From a virus (lineage: Duplodnaviria > Caudoviricetes): 44,343 nt of DNA. The notes beneath the pieces were generated by a model that worked only from the letters and a program-made list of their open reading frames with translations, made no database searches and was not told the origin of the DNA. Position numbers and translations under genes: made by a program. The stretch is taken from the IMG/VR virus record IMGVR_UViG_3300043473_000203, positions 1 through 44,343 of that record; one strand, given 5' to 3'. Positions 1-8,242 of the stretch are shown here, piece after piece (positions within the stretch are counted from its first letter, which is position 1; each line of letters begins with the position of its first letter).

Positions 1-73
1 CAGAGCGCTTCCGATACCACGCCGGACGCTGGATTGACACGGGGGACCAGCCGAGCAATAGGCCCCCCGTCCC

Positions 74-169
74 ATGACTGTGAGCACCGCTGCGTGGCTC
101 GTTCTGGCCCTGGTGATTCTGCTCGGATTGGCCCTCAACACGGTCCCCCGGCCGCGCAGGAAACCATGA
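74..169 (+). CDS. small membrane peptide (MTVSTAAWLVLALVILLGLALNTVPRPRRKP)
   Basis: Translated by hand; one hydrophobic helix; ATGA overlaps at both ends. Confidence 0.5.
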   Translation: MTVSTAAWLVLALVILLGLALNTVPRPRRKP

Positions 170-498
170 GAATCCCCAGGGATTCAGCGGACAGCGGTGC
201 GGCGCCCGAGGCCCGAGCCCGGGCCGCAGCGGACACGGTCGCGGCGGGGCAGCGGCTGCAGCGCGAGGCCACAGCCCGACACCCGACGCACGCGGGAACA
301 GGCGCAGAACCGCGCGGAACGCCCGCGCAGACCGGGGTGCGTCCGCAGCCTGTGGACCCGCGTCAACGCGGCCGCGTGGCGCTGGCGTGGGGCCGTCGCG
401 GGGGCAAGGCGTGGCGGCTGCAGCAGGAGATGAACCGGCTCCAGAGCATGGCGCTGGACGGCATCTACGGGCGCCACGAGGACGTTGACAAGGTGTAG
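166..498 (+). CDS. hypothetical protein
   Basis: ATG at 166 overlaps the upstream stop; part of ORF 34..498. Confidence 0.5.
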   Translation: MRIPRDSADSGAAPEARARAAADTVAAGQRLQREATARHPTHAGTGAEPRGTPAQTGVRPQPVDPRQRGRVALAWGRRGGKAWRLQQEMNRLQSMALDGIYGRHEDVDKV

Positions 499-514
499 CG
501 GCCTGTAGCAGGCT
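485..514 (+). promoter_or_regulatory. sigma70-type promoter, probably leaderless, for the RHH gene
   Basis: TTGACA (485-490), 18 nt, CAGGCT (509-514); ATG at 520 with no SD. Confidence 0.45.
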
Positions 515-519
515 GTCGC

Positions 520-1038
520 ATGTCCACTACAGCCATCCGGGTCAGCGCCGAGGCGTATCGGCGGCTCAAGCTGCTGGGCTCGAAGGAGGGGCGCACGATG
601 ACCGTGGTCGTGGACCGGCTCCTGGGGGTGCCAGCAGCGCCGTCTGAGGATGGGCCGGTCGAGCCCGTGCAGGTCCAGGCGAAGGCGCGGGTGGCTGCGG
701 TCAAGCGCTTGGCGCGCCAGACGCGCCAGGAGCCTGGGCCGGATGCTCCGGTGCGGGACACGACGTCGGTGCCCCTGGCGACCCTGAGCGATGAGGAGCT
801 GCGCGAGCTGGAGCGGCGGCTGCCAGACCAGCGGCCGACGGTGACGCGGCAGCGGCCCGAGCTGTTGCCTGTGGGCCCAGGTCCAGGACATCTCGGCCCG
901 ACCACGCCAAGGCCCGACCCTGATGCGCTACAGGGTCAGCTCTGCAAGTACTGCGGCCACACGAGGTGGGCGCACGGAACGCTCGGGTGCTTCGGGACGT
1001 GCGCGTGTTCGCAGAAGCGGTTTCGACCTGTCGGATGA
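520..1038 (+). CDS. ribbon-helix-helix-like DNA-binding protein with C-terminal Cys/His cluster
   Basis: N-terminus TTAIRVSAEAYRRLKLLGSKEGRTMTVVVDRLL fits the RHH pattern; C-terminal CKYCGH...H...C...CAC. Confidence 0.6.
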   Translation: MSTTAIRVSAEAYRRLKLLGSKEGRTMTVVVDRLLGVPAAPSEDGPVEPVQVQAKARVAAVKRLARQTRQEPGPDAPVRDTTSVPLATLSDEELRELERRLPDQRPTVTRQRPELLPVGPGPGHLGPTTPRPDPDALQGQLCKYCGHTRWAHGTLGCFGTCACSQKRFRPVG

Positions 1039-1190
1039 GGCCCATGCGTGAGGCACTACGCATTCCCAACCCATCCAGAGAGAAGTGAAAGCGAAAATTC
1101 GCCCAGGAGGCACGAACGACGGTCGGGTCAGGGGTAAGTAAGGGCGGCGGCGCGCGTTGAACCTGGGCCATCCTGACGCGATTACGGGGC

Positions 1191-1241
1191 TGTTGAAAAC
1201 TCACGGAAAGTGTGGAAAAGCTGTGGACAACCTGTTGAAAA
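1191..1241. promoter_or_regulatory. cluster of DnaA-box-like 9-mers (possible origin or DnaA-binding site)
   Basis: TGTTGAAAA 1191, TGTGGAAAA 1211, TGTGGACAA 1222, TGTTGAAAA 1233; intergenic and relatively AT-rich. Confidence 0.55.
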
Positions 1242-1292
1242 CATTTCGCAAAGAGGCCATTGCAATCCCCAAATCAGGGGGGGTCCACGACT

Positions 1293-1496
1293 GTGAGTGA
1301 CCCGCAGAGCCCTCGCGAGGCGGCGCTGACCGACCTTTTAGGTCAGCTGGCCCTGTTGCGGGCGTTAGCGAGCGGGCTTCCGGCGGTGTCGGCGGTGGAG
1401 GCCTACCGCGCGTTGGATGCGGCGCACCTTGCGGTGGAGCGCTACGCAGCGCTGTCCAGCCCGAGGGCGGCGTCCTATCGGCCGGTGGACGAGTGA
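1293..1496 (+). CDS. hypothetical protein
   Basis: GTG start within ORF 1260..1496. Confidence 0.5.
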   Translation: MSDPQSPREAALTDLLGQLALLRALASGLPAVSAVEAYRALDAAHLAVERYAALSSPRAASYRPVDE

Positions 1497-1511
1497 TGGA
1501 GGGAGCCTGGG

Positions 1512-1793
1512 ATGGCGCGATGGACGAGCGAGATGGTGGTGGTGCCGGGGCCGGAGGGGCGTCGGGACGTGTGGCGGTTCTTCTACTTGGAGAGCGCGCA
1601 CACGCTGCGGGTGAGCCGGTTCGAGCGGCAGGCGCGGCCGACGGCGCGGCACAAGTGGCGGGCGGTGGCGACGTTTGACGCGTATCGGCGCGGCGGCGAC
1701 ATTCCCTGTCCGCCGGTCCCGCCTGAGGTGCAGGCGCAGGCGGTGCTGCAGTTCACGGTGGACCTGACGGTGACGCCCTGGCCGGAGCGCTGA
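1512..1793 (+). CDS. hypothetical protein
   Basis: GGAGGGAG SD; globular-looking 93 aa. Confidence 0.65.
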   Translation: MARWTSEMVVVPGPEGRRDVWRFFYLESAHTLRVSRFERQARPTARHKWRAVATFDAYRRGGDIPCPPVPPEVQAQAVLQFTVDLTVTPWPER

Positions 1794-1889
1794 TGCTGGA
1801 CCTGCTCGGCGTCTATGCGGTATTGGCGGCCTTGCGGGATACCATCCCGCTGCCGGTCGTGGTGCGGCCCTATCCCAAGGAGAGCTGTG

Positions 1890-2132
1890 ATGCCGTTGAA
1901 GGTGATTGTGCCCGCCCCGGCGGAGCCGTTGAAGACGTTCCGGTGGACGCCGGAGGGGATGGTGGCGGACGAGAACGGGACGTTCGTGAGCCGGAACTAC
2001 CTGGAGGTGCTGACGCTGGTGGCGCGGATGTCGGGCAACGCCATCGCGGCCCTGGAGGCGGGGAACGCGGACGCGGCGGAGCAGCTGCGGCGGCTGCGGC
2101 AGATAGTGCCCCAGCTGCCGCTCCAGCTGTAG
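1890..2132 (+). CDS. hypothetical protein
   Basis: AAGGAGAG SD before ATG 1890 (MPLKVIVP...). Confidence 0.6.
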   Translation: MPLKVIVPAPAEPLKTFRWTPEGMVADENGTFVSRNYLEVLTLVARMSGNAIAALEAGNADAAEQLRRLRQIVPQLPLQL

Positions 2133-2158
2133 ACGACGAGACTCAGCTGTAGTAGGCT
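2130..2158 (+). promoter_or_regulatory. promoter with CAGCTGTAG direct repeats, leaderless start at 2164
   Basis: TAGACG-17 nt-TAGGCT; CAGCTGTAG at 2124 and 2144. Confidence 0.45.
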
Positions 2159-2163
2159 CTGCC

Positions 2164-2295
2164 GTGGACTTCCTGCAGGGCGTCGTGGTGGGTGTGTTAC
2201 TGGTGTTGGCGGTGCAGGAGTGGTGGGACGCGCGGCGGGAGGCGTCTCGGTTCGGGCGTGGTAGTCGTCTAACGCGGAAGGAGCCTGAGCGATGA
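2164..2295 (+). CDS. small membrane protein (MDFLQGVVVGVLLVLAVQEWW...)
   Basis: Translated by hand, 43 aa; hydrophobic N-terminus; stop overlaps the next ATG. Confidence 0.5.
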   Translation: MDFLQGVVVGVLLVLAVQEWWDARREASRFGRGSRLTRKEPER

Positions 2296-2489
2296 GCCAG
2301 CGATACGGGATGGGCGACGTGCGGACATGCGGGGCGCGCATGGCCCGGGTGGACCTGCACCCGGACGGGCTGCACGCGGCCTGGATAGCGGTCCAGGGTG
2401 GCCGCTGGGTGCCTGCTCTGGTGGGGACGGTGGCCCAGGTGCGGCAGGCGGCGTGGCGGTGGCTGCACCCTGAATGGACACACCGATGA
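2292..2489 (+). CDS. hypothetical protein
   Basis: AAGGAG SD; ATGA coupling. Confidence 0.6.
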   Translation: MSQRYGMGDVRTCGARMARVDLHPDGLHAAWIAVQGGRWVPALVGTVAQVRQAAWRWLHPEWTHR

Positions 2490-3115
2490 GCGAGCCGGGG
2501 ACGTTGCTGGTGAGTGTGTATCTGGGCGGCCGGGCGCATCAGGTAGCGCGGCCTGGGGCGTCACCCTGGTGGTATGACGCCGTGGTGGCGCTGGTGACGC
2601 AGCTCCCCGACCAGACGCAGGCCGAGGACATCCACGTAGACCGGCTCGTGGACCTGATTCAGCATAGCTTGGCGCATGGCGGCTGCAGCAACTGCGGCGG
2701 CCTCCCGCACACGACCACCTGCCGGGTGGGGCGGCTCGCGGCGGCGTTCCAGGGGCCCGCGCTGGTGACGCACACCGAGGATTGCCGCAAGGTGCGGTGC
2801 CGGAACACGAACGACGCCATCTGCGCCCTGTGCGCTTGCACCTGTCGGCCCTCGCATCCCCCGGACCAGGACAACGGGCTGCGGGCGTCGATGCAAGACG
2901 TGTATCGGCAGGCTGGGACGGTGCTGTCGGTCCTGGAGGACAAGGCCGAGCCGACCACGAACGAGCGCGCGGAGATGGCGATGCTGCGGCGGTGGCGGGA
3001 GCGGTTAGCGGTGGGGCTGCCGGTGCAGGTCGAGGAGCGGCCGCATGCGCCTGACTGTTCACGGATTGGGAAGCCGTGCCTGTGCGAGCTACAGGGCCGA
3101 CGGCCGCCCCAATGA
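2486..3115 (+). CDS. Cys-rich hypothetical protein
   Basis: CSNCGG..H...C and C..C.C clusters; coupled to neighbours. Confidence 0.6.
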   Translation: MSEPGTLLVSVYLGGRAHQVARPGASPWWYDAVVALVTQLPDQTQAEDIHVDRLVDLIQHSLAHGGCSNCGGLPHTTTCRVGRLAAAFQGPALVTHTEDCRKVRCRNTNDAICALCACTCRPSHPPDQDNGLRASMQDVYRQAGTVLSVLEDKAEPTTNERAEMAMLRRWRERLAVGLPVQVEERPHAPDCSRIGKPCLCELQGRRPPQ

Positions 3116-3330
3116 CGCCCCGGCCCGAGGTCGGCACGGCCACGGTGCGCCGCGCCCAGACCGACGGCGAGTGGGTGCAGCCGCAGCGGCGCGGGTTCGA
3201 GTTGGAGTGCTGCGACTGCGGGGTGGTGCATCGGGTGAACTTCCGCTTGCGGGCGGGCAAGGTGCAGTTCCAGGCGTTTCGGGACGCGCGCAAGACGGCG
3301 GCGACACGGCGCGCCCGGCGGCGGCCATGA
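3112..3330 (+). CDS. small Zn-ribbon-like phage protein (CCDCGVVH)
   Basis: Motif plus ATGA coupling. Confidence 0.65.
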   Translation: MTPRPEVGTATVRRAQTDGEWVQPQRRGFELECCDCGVVHRVNFRLRAGKVQFQAFRDARKTAATRRARRRP

Positions 3331-3581
3331 CGCAGCCTGAGGGCGACTACGTGGTGGGGCAGCGGGTGTTCTACGTGCTGCCCAGGTCCCCGAAGCACGG
3401 GCGTCCGGCGATGGTGTTCTGGAGCGGCACGGTGACGCGTGTGGGGCCGACCCGGGTGTCCATGGCGCTGGACGGGGAGACGCGCCGTCGGGCGGTGGCG
3501 CGGTGGTCGTTGACGACGACGGCGTTCGAGGGGGCGACGGTGCGCGGGCTCGGGGTGGACGGGCTTGGAGCGGAGGAGTAG
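3327..3581 (+). CDS. hypothetical protein (possible SH3-like barrel)
   Basis: VGQRV...GTVTRVG pattern; coupled. Confidence 0.55.
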   Translation: MTQPEGDYVVGQRVFYVLPRSPKHGRPAMVFWSGTVTRVGPTRVSMALDGETRRRAVARWSLTTTAFEGATVRGLGVDGLGAEE

Positions 3582-3995
3582 ATGGGCGCGACGCCGCTGG
3601 CGATAGCGATAGACAGCCTGGAGCACGAGTGCCGCAAGTCGTGCCGAGACGACACCGACGACGGGGCGTGGGTGTTCACCCAGGAGCCGGAGTGTCGGCT
3701 GACGTGCCCGTTCGCGAATCAGGTGCGCGCGGCCCTGGCGCCCGACGTCCGAGCCGAGGCTGTCGCCGTCGCCGCCCAGGCGTTCGTGGACCATGCCAGG
3801 GCGGACGCGGCGCCGCGCCTGACGTTGGACGACAGCTATGTGCCGACGCCCCGGCCCCCAGGCGCGCTTCCCGCGCTGGCGCCGCAGGGGTGGCGGTGGC
3901 GGCTGGTGTGCAACGCGTGCGGGGCGGTGCGGCATCCGTCTCCGACGGGGCCGGAGTGTGTAGTGTGCGAGCTCAGGAAGGGAGCGAACGGCTGA
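3582..3995 (+). CDS. Cys-rich hypothetical protein
   Basis: GGAGGAG SD; CxxC pairs. Confidence 0.55.
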   Translation: MGATPLAIAIDSLEHECRKSCRDDTDDGAWVFTQEPECRLTCPFANQVRAALAPDVRAEAVAVAAQAFVDHARADAAPRLTLDDSYVPTPRPPGALPALAPQGWRWRLVCNACGAVRHPSPTGPECVVCELRKGANG

Positions 3996-4561
3996 TGGCG
4001 GCGACGTATGTTCTCTCGGATACCCACTTTGGCCATGCCAGCATGTTGACGTTCTTGAATCCCCAGGGCCGCCATGTGCGGACGTTCGACAGCGTCGAGG
4101 CCATGGACGACCACATCATTCGCTGCTGGAACAGCGTGGTGCGGCCGCACGACCACGTCTACCATCTGGGCGACGTGGCGATGAAGAAGGCGGGGCTGGC
4201 CCAGGTGCAGCACCTGCACGGGCACAAGCGGCTCGTGCCGGGCAACCACGACATCTTTCCAGTCACGGACTACTTGGCGGCGGGGTTCGAGAAAGTCTAC
4301 GGGATGCGGGTCCTGGACGGGTGGGTACTGACGCACCTGCCGGTGCATCCGTCGCAGCTCGGGGCGCGGTTCAAGGGCAACGTGCATGGGCATCTGCACG
4401 ACAAGCCGTCGCCGGAGGGGCCGTATCTGAACGTGTCGGTGGAGGCGGTCCATTACCTGCCGGTGCCGCTGGAGGCGCTCGACGGGTTGTTGGCGGTGCA
4501 GCAGGCGATACGGGCGGAGCAGCAGTTCCGGCAGCACCACGGGCTGGTGGTGACGCCATGA
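3995..4561 (+). CDS. calcineurin-like metallophosphoesterase
   Basis: SDTHFGH, LGD, GNHD, TH.P and HGHLH motifs. Confidence 0.9.
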   Translation: MAATYVLSDTHFGHASMLTFLNPQGRHVRTFDSVEAMDDHIIRCWNSVVRPHDHVYHLGDVAMKKAGLAQVQHLHGHKRLVPGNHDIFPVTDYLAAGFEKVYGMRVLDGWVLTHLPVHPSQLGARFKGNVHGHLHDKPSPEGPYLNVSVEAVHYLPVPLEALDGLLAVQQAIRAEQQFRQHHGLVVTP

Positions 4562-4851
4562 GCCGCCTCGCAGCGCTGATAGAACGACTTGAAACCTATT
4601 ACGACTTCGAGTGCGCGGGCGGGCCGCTGAAGAACTGTGTCGAATGGCAGCAACTGAAAGCCGCCCTCTCAGCCGGGGAGCCAGCGCTCTTAAGCGACGA
4701 GCAGATAGGCTTGAAGCTTGGAATACAAACCGGATGTTGTCACTTCAACGACAACGGGTGGTGTATCGACCACAGTGGCGGTCGGCACACATCGAATTAC
4801 TGCACTGAGGCGCATATAAAGGCGAGCGACCGCCCGGGCCAGACGCCATGA
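4558..4851 (+). CDS. modular hypothetical protein (lower-GC cassette)
   Basis: ATGA coupling; shares linker motifs with 5659..6276. Confidence 0.6.
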   Translation: MSRLAALIERLETYYDFECAGGPLKNCVEWQQLKAALSAGEPALLSDEQIGLKLGIQTGCCHFNDNGWCIDHSGGRHTSNYCTEAHIKASDRPGQTP

Positions 4852-5123
4852 CGGGCCTCCAGGCGTTGCAGTGGCTGTTCCTGGGCCTCCTGGTCGGGCA
4901 GGTGGTGTGGTATGCGGTTCTGATTGTCCGGCTGCGGCGGCTGCGGGTGCGGCTCGAAGTCCTGAGCGCGGAGACGGACGTCCTGTTCGAGCGCTACCAG
5001 CAGCTGACCAAGCGGTGCCTAGAGTTCTTAAGCGACCCCTACAACCCACGCTGGCGTGACGGCGACATTTTCAAGGGCATCGAGGGGACGTATGGGGGCC
5101 GTGGCGGCCAGGGGGTGCATTGA
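4848..5123 (+). CDS. membrane-anchored hypothetical protein
   Basis: N-terminal hydrophobic helix. Confidence 0.6.
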   Translation: MTGLQALQWLFLGLLVGQVVWYAVLIVRLRRLRVRLEVLSAETDVLFERYQQLTKRCLEFLSDPYNPRWRDGDIFKGIEGTYGGRGGQGVH

Positions 5124-5662
5124 TGCTGCGCATCGAGTTCGTGAACGACGGCACGGGGCCGGACTCGGCGGCGAACTACCGGGTGGCGGTCCTAGTGAAC
5201 GGGAAGGTCGTGGACCAGGGCCGGGTGACGGACCACTACCGGGAGTCGCACTGGACGGTGCTGCTCGCGCGCACGGTGCAGCAGCTGGGGACGCCGGAGG
5301 CGCAGGGGATGTGGGGCGGGGACTATCTGGCGCGGGACGCGGCGCGGCTCCGGAACATTGTGCGGCTGCTGCAGGAGGACGCCGTGGTGCTCCAGCGGGA
5401 CCTATTGGCCCGAGTCGAGTGGCAGCGGCAGGCGGAGGCAAAGCAGCGCGAGCAGGACGAGGCGGTGGGGCACCTGTGCGCGTTGCACGCGGCGCACCTG
5501 GAGGCCGAGGTGAAGCGGTTGCAGCAGGCGAACGAGAAGGCGGGCGAGCACGTTGGGTCGCTGATGCACATGCAGCGGGTGCGGGAGCAGGAGCTGGCGC
5601 ACGCGCACAAGGTCATCGAGACGTTGCGGGCGACGGTCGAGGGGCACGGGCACCGGACATGA
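5123..5662 (+). CDS. hypothetical protein with C-terminal coiled coil
   Basis: Coupled ORF; heptad-rich C-terminus. Confidence 0.65.
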   Translation: MLRIEFVNDGTGPDSAANYRVAVLVNGKVVDQGRVTDHYRESHWTVLLARTVQQLGTPEAQGMWGGDYLARDAARLRNIVRLLQEDAVVLQRDLLARVEWQRQAEAKQREQDEAVGHLCALHAAHLEAEVKRLQQANEKAGEHVGSLMHMQRVREQELAHAHKVIETLRATVEGHGHRT

Positions 5663-6276
5663 GCGACCCTGAGAGCCGCCTCGCGGCGCTGATTGCGGCA
5701 GCCGCCACGGACACAGAGTTAGGGCGCATCGCGCGGCTGTTCCTAGACGTGCTTAATTCGAGGGCCGCCCTCTCGGCCGACGCACGCGCCGAGGCACGCG
5801 CCGTCCACCCCTCTGAGCATGTGGCGGCGCTGATAGCGAAGTGGCGCGCGGAAGCCGACGCGTCAGACGAAGTAGTAGACGCTGGCCAAATGACTCAACA
5901 AGTCGCTTGGCACGCCCAAGGGTGTTCGTTCGAGGGCAGGCTATGCGCTGACGAACTAGAGGCCGCGCTCGCCGTCCCGGTGTGTCCAGCCTGTGGGTCG
6001 TCAGACAAGTTGAATGATGCCTACCTGCGTCCAGCCATGTTGTGCCGCGACGAATGGCACCAGCAACCAACTGTTGCCCCCTCCGACAGCAGGGAGCCAC
6101 GGCTCACCGAATGTTGCGAGCGCGAGATTGACGGTAAAACCGACCGCTACTGTCCCAAGTGCGGATGGGAGTGCCGTATCAAGGAGATGGCGTTCGTGGA
6201 GGCGATGGACAACCCGCCGCCGCCAAACGACAAACTGAAGGCGCTTGCAGCCTCCGACAGCGGGGAGCCGACATGA
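5659..6276 (+). CDS. modular hypothetical protein with Zn-ribbon cassettes
   Basis: ATG 5659; CPACG and CPKCG; internal DNA direct repeats. Confidence 0.6.
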   Translation: MSDPESRLAALIAAAATDTELGRIARLFLDVLNSRAALSADARAEARAVHPSEHVAALIAKWRAEADASDEVVDAGQMTQQVAWHAQGCSFEGRLCADELEAALAVPVCPACGSSDKLNDAYLRPAMLCRDEWHQQPTVAPSDSREPRLTECCEREIDGKTDRYCPKCGWECRIKEMAFVEAMDNPPPPNDKLKALAASDSGEPT

Positions 6277-6488
6277 GCGAGGTTTGGCGGGACGAGGTCG
6301 AGGTGCAGCGACCGCCGATTGGCAGCCGGGTGACGTATCGCACGAAGACGGCGACGCGCGGGTATCTCCTGGTGGTCACCGGGACGGCCACGGTGGTGGC
6401 CTGGGGTATGGGGGTGGAGCCGCATTTTCGGGTGGACGACGGCCGGTGCATTCACCCGACGTTGGGCGACACCTGGGAGCTGGTATGA
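6273..6488 (+). CDS. hypothetical protein
   Basis: GGGGAG SD; ATGA coupling. Confidence 0.6.
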   Translation: MSEVWRDEVEVQRPPIGSRVTYRTKTATRGYLLVVTGTATVVAWGMGVEPHFRVDDGRCIHPTLGDTWELV

Positions 6489-7291
6489 GCGACGCCGACG
6501 TGCAGCGGTTTCGGTTGGAGGCGCGGCTGGAGCACACGCCGCCGGGGTTTCCGCCGGTGCCGCTGGCCTACCCGATTCCGGACCCGGAGGGGGACTGGGT
6601 GCCGTGGGGGGCGGTGTCCGGTCTACTGCAGCGCCCGCTGGTGTCCGAGTCGCACGCCGCTGACGCACTGACGCGCTACCGGATGGAGCCAGGGCTGGAG
6701 CACCACGCGATGAGCGGCCACGGCGGTGACCCGTGCTGCACGCCGAAGGTGGACCGGAAGGGCGAGTGGGTGCAGTGGGCGAGCGTCGAGCGGCTCATCC
6801 AGGCGCTCGAAGAGGCGCGCGACGAGCAGGGCATCGGGCGGGACGTGGACCACACGTTCGCGCGGCTGACGGAGCGGCAGCTGACGCTGGCGCAGAAGGA
6901 GGCCGAGATGCTGCGGGCCGAGCGCGCGGTGTTCGAGACGCGCACCGTGCGAGCGGAGCGGTCGATGCGGCGGGTGGAGCAGCAGCTGGCGGCGGCGCGC
7001 AACAGCATCGAGGTGTTACGGCGTCGCATCGAGTTACAGCAGCGGCCCCAATCGGTGACGGACCAACAGCTTGAAGTGCAGAACCGCAGCCACGCCGAGC
7101 AGGTGCAGCACCTCCTGGAGGAGCTGGTGCTGTCGCGCCAGAACCACGCCGGGTCGCAGGCGGCAGCGGAGCGCGAGTTTGCGCGGGCCGAGCGGCTCCA
7201 GGCGGCGCTGGTGGACGCGCGGCACCGGTTAGCGGCGGCCGACTTGGAGAACGCGCGCCTCGTGGCGGTCATTCAGGGGCCCACACTATGA
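6485..7291 (+). CDS. hypothetical protein with duplicated G(D/E)WVxW module and long coiled coil
   Basis: DPEGDWVPW and DRKGEWVQW repeats; coiled-coil C-terminal half. Confidence 0.65.
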   Translation: MSDADVQRFRLEARLEHTPPGFPPVPLAYPIPDPEGDWVPWGAVSGLLQRPLVSESHAADALTRYRMEPGLEHHAMSGHGGDPCCTPKVDRKGEWVQWASVERLIQALEEARDEQGIGRDVDHTFARLTERQLTLAQKEAEMLRAERAVFETRTVRAERSMRRVEQQLAAARNSIEVLRRRIELQQRPQSVTDQQLEVQNRSHAEQVQHLLEELVLSRQNHAGSQAAAEREFARAERLQAALVDARHRLAAADLENARLVAVIQGPTL

Positions 7292-7500
7292 AAACGGTCG
7301 GAGACGAGCTGCGCGGCGTTGCCAACTTCCTGTTCTCGGTGGCGCGCGAGGAACATGCGACGGCGACACCGGAGCGGCTGGTGGCGTTGGGGTTGGCGTT
7401 CGGGGCGGTGATGACGACCGTGGCCGATTGGGCGCCCGGGTTGGAGCACTGGCACCCGGGGCCCCCGGGCGACGAGGGCAGCGACGAGGGCGGCAGTTGA
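7288..7500 (+). CDS. hypothetical protein
   Basis: Coupled ORF. Confidence 0.55.
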   Translation: MKTVGDELRGVANFLFSVAREEHATATPERLVALGLAFGAVMTTVADWAPGLEHWHPGPPGDEGSDEGGS

Positions 7501-7730
7501 GCGAGCTAGACAACTGGCAGGGCACCTGCGAGGTGCTGGTGCGCCCCAAGCAGGTCAAGGGCGCGAAGAAGGCCCCGACGCTGCGGCGGTGCGAGGGTCC
7601 GGCGGTCTTGCGCTACGCGACCATGGGCGGCGGGCACATGCGGATGTGCCGGACGCACGGGGAGAAGCACAAGGCGAGCTGCGAGAAGTGGAGCGGCACC
7701 GCGTGGACGAAGACCGGCCGCAACGAGTAG
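7497..7730 (+). CDS. Cys/His-containing hypothetical protein
   Basis: TTG start overlapping the upstream stop; C...C...CxxH. Confidence 0.5.
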   Translation: MSELDNWQGTCEVLVRPKQVKGAKKAPTLRRCEGPAVLRYATMGGGHMRMCRTHGEKHKASCEKWSGTAWTKTGRNE

Positions 7731-7744
7731 TATATTCACCAGTC

Positions 7745-7939
7745 ATGGGCAAGCATCTGACCGACGCGTCGCCAGAGCCGACCATCAGCACGTCCCCGCC
7801 GCGCTACGCGTTTCTGCTCGTGGAATGCGGCGGATGTGGGTATCGACTCCGGATTGGGCGTTGCTGGTCGGTGTTTCGGTGCTGGGCGTGCCAGGGGATT
7901 CTGTCGAACCTGCCGCCAGACGAGCGGTTGGAGGCCTAA
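7745..7939 (+). CDS. Zn-ribbon protein
   Basis: CGGC and CWAC; TATATT -10-like box at 7731. Confidence 0.5.
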   Translation: MGKHLTDASPEPTISTSPPRYAFLLVECGGCGYRLRIGRCWSVFRCWACQGILSNLPPDERLEA

Positions 7940-7940
7940 C

Positions 7941-8234
7941 GTGCCGCGCCGACGACGCGTCTACGTGTCGCAGGGGGACCGGGTGCAGGCGCGGACGTGT
8001 CCGGTGTGTCGGGTGGTGCTGGACGGGGCGACGGGGCTGTCGCTGGACCGGGAGCCGAGCGAGCGGCCGGTCCCGAGGCCGGGCGACCTGACCATTTGCG
8101 CGCATTGCGCGACGGTGCTGGTGACGACGGCGAAGGGGTTCCGGTTGGCGACCGACGCCGACCTTGCGCCGTTGGACCCGGACCTGCGCCGGTTCTTTGC
8201 GGAATACCAGCGACAGCGCCCGGGGCGGGCGTAG
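7941..8234 (+). CDS. Zn-ribbon protein
   Basis: GGAGG SD; CPVC and CAHC. Confidence 0.6.
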   Translation: MPRRRRVYVSQGDRVQARTCPVCRVVLDGATGLSLDREPSERPVPRPGDLTICAHCATVLVTTAKGFRLATDADLAPLDPDLRRFFAEYQRQRPGRA

Positions 8235-8242
8235 AGGGACCG

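Noticed and set aside
1793-2152. 119-aa ORF overlapping 1890..2132
   Set aside because: Most of it reads as an off-frame shadow of the gene with the strong SD at 1890; it cannot be supported, although its start is coupled to the upstream stop.
1365-3935. 856-aa minus-strand ORF
   Set aside because: Arg/Pro/Ala-rich shadow of a coupled series of + strand genes; expected in high-GC DNA.
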